Shown piece by piece: positions 9,380 through 17,023 of a stretch of DNA of 63,501 bases. This DNA is from an uncultured Bacilli bacterium. Lineage in GTDB: Bacteria > Bacillota_I > Bacilli_A > RF39 > UBA660. The notes under the pieces were generated by a model that was given only the letters and a program-made list of their open reading frames with translations, had not been told where the DNA came from and searched no databases. The stretch is taken from positions 1-63,501 of the forward strand of contig CANROW010000002.1 in NCBI GenBank assembly GCA_947632345.1, in the 5' to 3' direction. The stretch's first letter is position 1. Every line of letters starts with the position of its first letter. The position numbers and the translations under genes are program-made.

Positions 9380-10180
9380 ATGGTAAGTATAATGATTAAT
9401 ACAATTGATTTAACTAATGAATATAGTAAATCTCAATTAGAAGAGGAATGGGATAAAATAGAAGCTAAAAAAGATGTAATTATCAAAAACATAAAAATGT
9501 TGTATGAAGTTATTGGTGAAAAAGAACCATCAATTCATCCGCAATGGGGGAGTCCGCATCTTTTTCCTTGGGCATATTTACCAGAAGAAGGTGTTTCTAA
9601 AATTATTATTGGGACGATTCCTCCTAAAAAATATTGTCATGGATTATGTGATGAGTATTATGACAATGAAAATACTTTTTTCTATGAATCTAATCATAAT
9701 AGTTTATGGACATATTTAAATCCTAATTTAAAAACGAAGGAAGAAAAGAGGAGTTATATTAAGGAGCATAAAATCGGTTTTATTGATTTAATAAAGCAAT
9801 GTACTCGTAAAAATAATAGTTCTTTAGATAAAGATTTAATTGTTGACCAGGACGATATAGTTAATATCGATGAATTGGTTAAAGTTTTAAAGTATGCGGA
9901 AGAGATAAATGTGAAAAATGATATCAAAGAAATTAAATTATGTTGTACGAGTCATTCTTTTAAAAGTGCGCATTATTTTTTAAAACAAATAGTAAAAATG
10001 AATAAAGACTATATGGTTATTAATGAAAGAAAAGGCATTTTATCAATCAATTATAAATGTTTTAAAAAGTCATATAAAATAGTCGATTTACCTTCACCTT
10101 CTGGAATTAATCATTCATCAAAGAGAATCACAGAAGAAGAAAAAAGAAAAATATATCAAGATGAATTGCTTTTAAGTTGA
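9380..10180 (+). CDS. Divergent UDG-superfamily protein (family-6 / hypoxanthine-DNA-glycosylase-like) with about 70-aa N-terminal extension
   Basis: The motif order and spacing match DNA-deoxyinosine glycosylases. IIIGTIPP...NSLW compares with ILILGtmPG...N.FW. IGFIDLIKQCTRKNNSSLDKDLI compares with alWDVl..C.R.GSlDs.I. IKLCCTSHSFKSAHYF compares with IfFNG..A. DLPSPSGIN compares with LPSTSPAN. The start is uncertain (9380 or 9392). Confidence 0.6.
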   Translation: MVSIMINTIDLTNEYSKSQLEEEWDKIEAKKDVIIKNIKMLYEVIGEKEPSIHPQWGSPHLFPWAYLPEEGVSKIIIGTIPPKKYCHGLCDEYYDNENTFFYESNHNSLWTYLNPNLKTKEEKRSYIKEHKIGFIDLIKQCTRKNNSSLDKDLIVDQDDIVNIDELVKVLKYAEEINVKNDIKEIKLCCTSHSFKSAHYFLKQIVKMNKDYMVINERKGILSINYKCFKKSYKIVDLPSPSGINHSSKRITEEEKRKIYQDELLLS

Positions 10181-10292
10181 TCTATATAAAAATTTGTTTT
10201 TATGGCTAAAAAACATATAAAATCGAAGATAGAAATGATATAATATTTATGTACTTAAAAAGATTTTATATTAAATGTAGTGGAGGAATGGC

Positions 10293-12773
10293 ATGATTAA
10301 AGAAAAGAGATTTTATGATTCGTTAGAAGGAATTTTTAAGGGTGCTAAAATAGAAGGACAGGGTGGCTTTATAAATTTACTTTCTATCAAAGAGAAGTAT
10401 TATAAAAAAGTTATAAAATATTTTAAGAGTGAAGTGGATAATGACCCAATTATTAATGATTCTTTTAAAGAGGATTTCTATGATAAATTATGTAATTTCT
10501 TCGATAAATTTTTTAGCGAATCTGGAAGCATATATTTTGTTAAATCTGCTAATTGGCAAAAAGTTTATGAGAAGATATATACTGATAATCAAGACGTTGT
10601 TTTATTTTGGAAAACAAACATGTTGTATTATGTAAAATCAGACAAAATATTTAATAATCAAATTATTAAAGTAGACAATGAAGATGGTACATTGAACTTT
10701 ATCTTTAAATTTGATGTCAGCGAATTGCAGATTAAAAAGAATAATGAACGTAAAGATTTTTTATATGTAGCAGATAAAAAAATTCATGAAAAAACGAATT
10801 TACATGACGAAAAAAGTGGCGACTTAATCTATGTTTTAAAAGTGGGTTATGAAGAGAATCGAAAAAAGACAAAATCAGAGCAGATTGCTGCTGAATTTGG
10901 AATTGATGAATATGTTGTGTTAAAAGCGATTAAATCTTTCGAAAAACAGAACAATGTGGATTTCTTTATTAACAAAAATGCTAAGGCCTTTCTTGATGAA
11001 CAATTAGACTTATATATTAATCAAATATTATCATCTGAAGATAATGCCTTTGAACAAACTAGATTAGATCAAATTAAAGCTATAAAAATTTATGCTAAAA
11101 AAATAATTGATTTTATCTCAAATTTTGAAAATGAATTAGTAAAAATATGGAATAAACCAAAATTTGTCTTAAATTCTAATTATGTAATTACTTTGGATAG
11201 GTTAAACGAAAAGTCATTAAACTTAGTAAAAAAACATAAAAATTTAGATTTGCAAATAGATGAATGGAATAAATTAAAACTTATTGATGAAAAGTTTAAT
11301 AAAAAGAAAGATCTTAATTGTAATAGTCATTTGCCAATCGATACGAAGTTTTTTAAAGATATAGAGATTGACATATTATCAAGCTTTGATAATTTAGATA
11401 ATGAATTGGATGGTCTCATTGTTCATAGTGAGAATTATCAAGCACTCAACACCTTAAAAAATAAGTTTGAATCAAAGATTCAATGTATTTATATCGATCC
11501 GCCTTTTAATACAGGATACGATTTTGAATATCTTGATAATTATCAAGATTCATCATGGTTATCTATACTATATGATCGATTAAAATTGGCGAAAGATTAT
11601 TTGAATGAAACTGGTGGATTATATTTACATTTGGATAGATATGCTAATTATTATGGACGAATTTTATTAAATAATATCTTTGGCAAAGATAATTATAAAG
11701 CAGAAATATATTGGGATACTTGTGGTAATACGGGATTTAAGACTAGTAAAAATAATTGGTATCAAAATACGAACAGCATTTTACAATATGCTAAAAATTA
11801 TGAATTAAATAAATTTTATAAACAGTATACATTATTGAATGTTGATGACCAAAACGAGGCGAAACAAGAACGAAAAAATAAAAAAATTGGTTGGCTTGAT
11901 ATTCAAAAAGATGAAGACAAAACTTATGTTGAAATGTATAATGACTCAGGTGAATTTGAAAAAAAATATATTGATTTTACAAATAAAGTGGATCCAGTTG
12001 GAATGATTTGGACCGATATTTTGAGCTTTTTATATACGCAGATTGGAAATAATGAATCATACTTTTTCGATGGTGGTCAAAAACCAGAACATTTATTAGC
12101 TAGAATGATACAAGCTCAGACTAGACCTAAAGAGATGGTTATGGATTTTTATTCAGGAAGTGGTACATCATTAGCGGTTGCTAAAAAATTAAATCGTAAG
12201 TTTTTAGGAATAGAGTTGGGAAGTCATTATAATACTTTTTATGATGATGGTAATAAAGTCGGAATTATTGGTAGATTGAAAAATGTTTTAGCGGGCGATG
12301 CCAAGTTTTATGTAAAGCAACCAGATAGTGATGCCTATAGTCCTCGTACTCCACAATTGACAAGAAATTTAAATTGGAAAGGTGGAGGAGCTTTTAAATA
12401 TTATGATCTTGAACAATATGAAGATTCTCTAAAAAAAGCTTCATATGATTCTTATGATATGCAGTCTTTATTTGATGAAAATATATATGGTCAATATACC
12501 TTCTTCGCTGATAAAAAAATGTTATCAAAATTTAATGTCAATGAAAATGGTCAAATAATGATTGATTTAGACAAATTATTTGATAATATTGATTTGCCAG
12601 AAACTATTTCTAATGCTTTAGGGTTACCAATTAAAAAGATAACGCATGATTCTGTTATCCTTTTAGATGAAGATAAAGAAGTCATTGAGAAATATGACTA
12701 TAAACATATGACAGAAGAAGAGAAAATGCATTTCTTTAACATATTGAAACCTTATCTATGGTGGGGTGAATAG
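10293..12773 (+). CDS. mod: Type III-like DNA methyltransferase (Mod), beta-class N6A/N4C MTase with long extra N- and C-terminal regions
   Basis: 826 aa. ENYQALNTLKNKF...CIYIDPPFNTGY is motif IV (DPPF at nt 11496-11507). It comes before GGQKPEHLLARMI...VMDFYSGSGTSLAVAKKLNRKFLGIELG, which is motif I (nt 12144-12167). Motif IV before motif I is the N6_N4_Mtase arrangement. SD sequence GGAGGA lies upstream. The stop is 2 nt before the res ATG. Confidence 0.85.
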   Translation: MIKEKRFYDSLEGIFKGAKIEGQGGFINLLSIKEKYYKKVIKYFKSEVDNDPIINDSFKEDFYDKLCNFFDKFFSESGSIYFVKSANWQKVYEKIYTDNQDVVLFWKTNMLYYVKSDKIFNNQIIKVDNEDGTLNFIFKFDVSELQIKKNNERKDFLYVADKKIHEKTNLHDEKSGDLIYVLKVGYEENRKKTKSEQIAAEFGIDEYVVLKAIKSFEKQNNVDFFINKNAKAFLDEQLDLYINQILSSEDNAFEQTRLDQIKAIKIYAKKIIDFISNFENELVKIWNKPKFVLNSNYVITLDRLNEKSLNLVKKHKNLDLQIDEWNKLKLIDEKFNKKKDLNCNSHLPIDTKFFKDIEIDILSSFDNLDNELDGLIVHSENYQALNTLKNKFESKIQCIYIDPPFNTGYDFEYLDNYQDSSWLSILYDRLKLAKDYLNETGGLYLHLDRYANYYGRILLNNIFGKDNYKAEIYWDTCGNTGFKTSKNNWYQNTNSILQYAKNYELNKFYKQYTLLNVDDQNEAKQERKNKKIGWLDIQKDEDKTYVEMYNDSGEFEKKYIDFTNKVDPVGMIWTDILSFLYTQIGNNESYFFDGGQKPEHLLARMIQAQTRPKEMVMDFYSGSGTSLAVAKKLNRKFLGIELGSHYNTFYDDGNKVGIIGRLKNVLAGDAKFYVKQPDSDAYSPRTPQLTRNLNWKGGGAFKYYDLEQYEDSLKKASYDSYDMQSLFDENIYGQYTFFADKKMLSKFNVNENGQIMIDLDKLFDNIDLPETISNALGLPIKKITHDSVILLDEDKEVIEKYDYKHMTEEEKMHFFNILKPYLWWGE

Positions 12774-12775
12774 CC

Positions 12776-15637
12776 ATGGAATTGTTTTATGAAAAAGTTG
12801 CAAATGATATTAATTATGAATCATTAGGTGACTGGCAAATTCCTAACATTACTAGTTTTTCTAGTGGGATAAAAGAACTATTTCCTTATCAAGTATCAGC
12901 TATAAAAAACGCTATTAAGTTATTAAATCTATATTATTCTAATAATTGTGATAAAAAGTTATTATTTGATAAATGCGTTGAACGTGGCATGGAGGATGAT
13001 TCTTTTCGCATCTATGAATATGTTCATAAAAAGAAAAATATGCTCTTTTATATAACTAGAAAGTATTATGATGTCTTAGAAAATGACGATAAGAAGTATG
13101 TTGAAGGTTATCACCTTTTTAATCGTGCTTGTTTTTGGATGGCAACAGCTAGCGGTAAAACAATTATTATAATCAAGCTTATTGAAATCATAGATTATTT
13201 ACAAAAAATAGGATGTTTGCCTAAAAATGATATTATGATATTATTTCCAGATAGTAACATTGAAAGTCAATTTAGAAGAGAAGTGCGAAGATATAATTGT
13301 GGTAAGTCTAGAACTATTAATGTTAACAGTTTAAAGGATTATGACACTATAAAAAATTCATTAACCCTCTTCGATGAGATTAATGTCTTTGCATATCGTA
13401 GTGATTTGCTTTCAACTTCTGAAAAAGAAAGACAAATTAATATAGATGCTTATGACAATAATGGTAACTGGTTTGTTCTTTTAGATGAAGCTCATAAAGG
13501 TGATAAAACTGGTGATTCAAAAAGACAAAATTATATAACTCAATGGACGAGAAATGGCTTTTTATTTAACTTTTCAGCTACTTTCACTGATAAAATTGAT
13601 TATTATACAACTGTCTATAACTATAATCTAGAAAAATTTATCACTGATGGTTATGGCAAAAATATATTTGTCAGTAATTCATACTTCACTTTTAATAAAA
13701 AGGATGAATTAAATGATGTCTTAAAGCAAAAACAAGTGTTAAAGTCCTTAATCACTAGTACCTTAATAAAAAAACATAAATTGGATGGTTATTATCATAA
13801 TCCTCTAATCGTTACACTAGTTGATACTGTTAATGAAGATGATTCTGATCTATTTTTGTTTTTTAAAGAAATTGAAAAAATAGCCGTTGGCAATATTGAT
13901 AGTGAAGCCTTTGAAAATGCTAAAAATGAATTGGCTGAAGAATTTGTTCGCAATCAAAAATATTCTCTTGGTAGTGAAGTGATAGTTGGTAATTATTTTT
14001 CAGAAATCAAGAGTATTACAGTAAAAGATGTTTTAAGACAAATTTTTAATTCAAAAACACATGGAAAGATTGAAATAAAATTAGGAGATGCAGCTAAGGA
14101 AATTGCTATGCAATTAGAAACATCATCTTCACCATTTATGCTCATAAAGATTGGTGATGCCAGCAAATTTAGAAGAGATAAATTGAGTTCAAACTATCAA
14201 ATAGGTAAGAGTTATGGAAATCATAAATATTTTGATACTATTAATGACAAAGATAGTAATATTAACATTCTTTTAGGTAGTAGAGCATTTTATGAGGGAT
14301 GGGATAGTAATCGTCCTAATGTAATCAATTTTATAAATATTGGTTCAAATGATGCTAAAAAATTTGTTCTACAAAGTATTGGGCGAGGAGTACGAATTCA
14401 ACCGCTTGAGAATGATTATAATAATCGTAAAAGAGCTAAGCCAAATGATTCTTTTAAAGAAGAATTACTAGAAACTCTATTTGTTTATGCAACCAATAAA
14501 ACAGCTATTAATACTATTCTTGAAACCTTGGATGAAGAAAGAGTTGGCGATGAGATAAGTATTGCACCATTGGCTCAAAATAATCCATCTTTTTCCCTCA
14601 TTTTACCAGAATATGCCATTGATGAAAAACAATATAGCAAGGCCAAATTTTTAATATCTAAACGCTGCCTCAATAAAGTAAAAACGACTTTTGAATTATA
14701 TGAAAAAACTTTATTTATGTTGTTATTTGGTATTTCTTCAAATGATTATGACTATTTAAAAAAAGTGTTGGATGATCAAAGTGTATTTTTAATAGATGAT
14801 TATTATGATTATAAAAATATCAATAAAACTCTTAGTGATATTATTGTCCATATAAAACAAAAGGAACATTTTGTAATAGGTATAAGAAAACTCAATAATA
14901 ATGATATTGTGCATTTTAAACATATAAAATCATCTTTAAGCGAATCTAAAGTTAAAGAATTACAAGATCTTATTTCGAATGTTATTAATTCTAATTCAGA
15001 ACGTGATTTAAATAAGTTAAAAAGTGACTTTGAAAATGGATTAATTACTCTTAACGAATATACTCAAAAAATAATTGATTATGGAAAAATGAGCAATACT
15101 ACCTATTTTGATTCAGAATTGATTTTATATAATATGAAGGAGCATTTGTATGAACCTCTAATAGTTTCTATGAATGAAAATATTAATTATATGAAACATA
15201 TTATCAATGTTGATTCTGAAAGAGAATTTATTGAAAATCTTGATAGTTATATAACTAAAAATACTATTAATTGTAAATGGTGTTTTTCTAAAGTAGATCA
15301 AACATTAGATAATGTATATATGTGGTATTTTAATGAAAAAAGCAATAAATATGATAAGTTTTATCCTGATTTTGTTTTCTGGTTATTAAATGATCAGCAT
15401 TATGACATTTATTTCGTTGATCCAAAAGGTTTTCAAAATGTTGATTATCAGTTTAAAATCGAGGGCTTTAAAGAGTTATTTGAGCATGATGATAAACAGA
15501 ATGTTTTTGAATATGAGAATGAGAAAAAGAGATATTCTGTATCTTTTCACTTATTGATGGTAGGAGACGTATTAGCTGTTCCGCAACCTTATAAAAGATA
15601 TTGTATTAGTCAAAACGATTTTTCTTGGTTGAAATGA
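12776..15637 (+). CDS. res: Type III-like restriction subunit (Res): SF2 helicase/ATPase with C-terminal PD-(D/E)xK nuclease motif
   Basis: 953 aa. Walker A is MATASGKT (nt 13139-13162). DEAH box is LLDEAHKG (13484-13495). FSAT is also present. Motif VI is QSIGRGVRI (14372-14398). The C-terminal YPDFVFW...YFVDPKG is PD...DxK-like (about nt 15365-15427). Confidence 0.8.
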   Translation: MELFYEKVANDINYESLGDWQIPNITSFSSGIKELFPYQVSAIKNAIKLLNLYYSNNCDKKLLFDKCVERGMEDDSFRIYEYVHKKKNMLFYITRKYYDVLENDDKKYVEGYHLFNRACFWMATASGKTIIIIKLIEIIDYLQKIGCLPKNDIMILFPDSNIESQFRREVRRYNCGKSRTINVNSLKDYDTIKNSLTLFDEINVFAYRSDLLSTSEKERQINIDAYDNNGNWFVLLDEAHKGDKTGDSKRQNYITQWTRNGFLFNFSATFTDKIDYYTTVYNYNLEKFITDGYGKNIFVSNSYFTFNKKDELNDVLKQKQVLKSLITSTLIKKHKLDGYYHNPLIVTLVDTVNEDDSDLFLFFKEIEKIAVGNIDSEAFENAKNELAEEFVRNQKYSLGSEVIVGNYFSEIKSITVKDVLRQIFNSKTHGKIEIKLGDAAKEIAMQLETSSSPFMLIKIGDASKFRRDKLSSNYQIGKSYGNHKYFDTINDKDSNINILLGSRAFYEGWDSNRPNVINFINIGSNDAKKFVLQSIGRGVRIQPLENDYNNRKRAKPNDSFKEELLETLFVYATNKTAINTILETLDEERVGDEISIAPLAQNNPSFSLILPEYAIDEKQYSKAKFLISKRCLNKVKTTFELYEKTLFMLLFGISSNDYDYLKKVLDDQSVFLIDDYYDYKNINKTLSDIIVHIKQKEHFVIGIRKLNNNDIVHFKHIKSSLSESKVKELQDLISNVINSNSERDLNKLKSDFENGLITLNEYTQKIIDYGKMSNTTYFDSELILYNMKEHLYEPLIVSMNENINYMKHIINVDSEREFIENLDSYITKNTINCKWCFSKVDQTLDNVYMWYFNEKSNKYDKFYPDFVFWLLNDQHYDIYFVDPKGFQNVDYQFKIEGFKELFEHDDKQNVFEYENEKKRYSVSFHLLMVGDVLAVPQPYKRYCISQNDFSWLK

Positions 15638-15639
15638 TT

Positions 15640-15668
15640 AACTATAAATGTTTATATTATTTATAGTT
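15640..15668 (+). promoter_or_regulatory. Intercistronic hairpin between res and the 410-aa ORF
   Basis: AACTATAAAT / ATTTATAGTT form a 10-bp stem with a 9-nt loop. There is no clean T-run, so it looks more like an attenuator or processing site than a full terminator. Confidence 0.4.
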
Positions 15669-15705
15669 GAATTTTAATACCAGCATATTATGAGGAGTAT
15701 AAATT

Positions 15706-16938
15706 ATGAATTTATTTGATAAATTAAAAAATAATAGGAATGATACTGAAAAGGAAATCATTAATAATGCCGAAATTAATCATGAATGTAATATAGTTAC
15801 TATGAATAACTATATGTTAGCTGATATAAAAAAGGAACAATTAAACAAAAATACTTTTTCATTGGCGATATCAAAAATAAAACAATCTAGTCCGTTATTA
15901 GTACAAACTGTTGATGAAATTAAACATGTTGTTGAATCCAATGCCAAAAATCATCATAATAATAGTAAGTTATATCGAGTAACAAATCTTGGCAAAGATG
16001 ATTCTTTAAAAGAAATGAAAAAAGGTAAAACTTTTTGGGGTGCTATCAAAACTAAGGAAGGCAAATCCAAAATGGCCAAACTTAAAGAGGTCAACGTTGA
16101 CGGTAAATTAGCTTTAGATCCAGTGACAATCATGATGACCGTAGCTCTTTCTAATATTGAAGCCGATCTAGGTGAGATAAAAGAATTAAATAAGAAAATA
16201 TTATCATTTTTAGAAGAAGAAAAAGAATCAGAAATTGAAGCCGATTTGGAATTATTGAATCATTCTATCATTGATTTTCAATATAATTTAGAGAATGAAC
16301 AGTATTTAGCAAATAATCATAAACAAGTTATGGACATTAAAAGAACAGCTAATAAAAATATGCTTTTCTACCAGAAACAAATAAATGATTTTTTAGCTAA
16401 AGAAAGAATTATGACAACTAGTAATGTCATGAATTCACTATTGAATGACCTTGTCAAAAAGTTCAAATATTATCGAATGTCTTTGTACATATATTCCTTT
16501 TCTACACTAATGGAAATCTTATTATTAGGAAATTATCAAAGTGACTATCTATTAGCTAAAAGAGATGAATTAGATATATTAGATGCTGAGTATTCACAAA
16601 CTTATAATACGGCTTTAAACTATATTAAAAAGAATGCTGATAAATCGTTAGAAAGTAATCTTCTATCAGGGATTGGTAGTGCTGGTAAAGTAATAGGTAA
16701 TTTAGCGGAAAAGGTCGATGTGATTAAAAATAAAAATATTGATACTTGGTTTAATGAAAAAGGAGATAATTTAAAACAGAAGGGTGAAAGTCTTAAAAAT
16801 CAATTTTCTGATTCTTTCGACGATATAAAGATGACAAACGCTACAACTTTTATCAAAAAGATTGAACAAGTTGATTCTATATATAACAAGACAAAAGAGA
16901 TATATTTCGATAGCGAAAACATTTATTTACAAATGTAA
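15706..16938 (+). CDS. Hypothetical 410-aa, mostly alpha-helical/coiled-coil protein; last gene of the Mod/Res cassette
   Basis: SD sequence GAGGAG lies 8 nt upstream. The composition is helical with heptad-like stretches (EIKELNKKILSFLEEEKESEIEADLELL). No NTPase, nuclease or TM motif was seen. Confidence 0.7.
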   Translation: MNLFDKLKNNRNDTEKEIINNAEINHECNIVTMNNYMLADIKKEQLNKNTFSLAISKIKQSSPLLVQTVDEIKHVVESNAKNHHNNSKLYRVTNLGKDDSLKEMKKGKTFWGAIKTKEGKSKMAKLKEVNVDGKLALDPVTIMMTVALSNIEADLGEIKELNKKILSFLEEEKESEIEADLELLNHSIIDFQYNLENEQYLANNHKQVMDIKRTANKNMLFYQKQINDFLAKERIMTTSNVMNSLLNDLVKKFKYYRMSLYIYSFSTLMEILLLGNYQSDYLLAKRDELDILDAEYSQTYNTALNYIKKNADKSLESNLLSGIGSAGKVIGNLAEKVDVIKNKNIDTWFNEKGDNLKQKGESLKNQFSDSFDDIKMTNATTFIKKIEQVDSIYNKTKEIYFDSENIYLQM

Positions 16939-16990
16939 TTTTGATAAATGTAATGAGAAAATTAAACTATGACAATTAATTAGTAATCAA

Positions 16991-17023
16991 AAAGAGGATT
17001 AACAATGATGTTTTATCCTCTTT
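16991..17023. terminator. Bidirectional terminator hairpin closing the cassette and the convergent teichoic-acid operon
   Basis: AAAGAGGAT (16991-16999) pairs with ATCCTCTTT (17015-17023). A-runs and T-runs flank it on both sides. Confidence 0.6.

Noticed and set aside
11958-11965. An A8 homopolymer (with several A7 tracts) inside mod, as a candidate phase-variation switch of the type III-like system.
   Set aside because: A7-A8 runs are common throughout this AT-rich sequence, including in housekeeping genes. No long simple-sequence repeat of the kind used by phase-variable mod genes is present.
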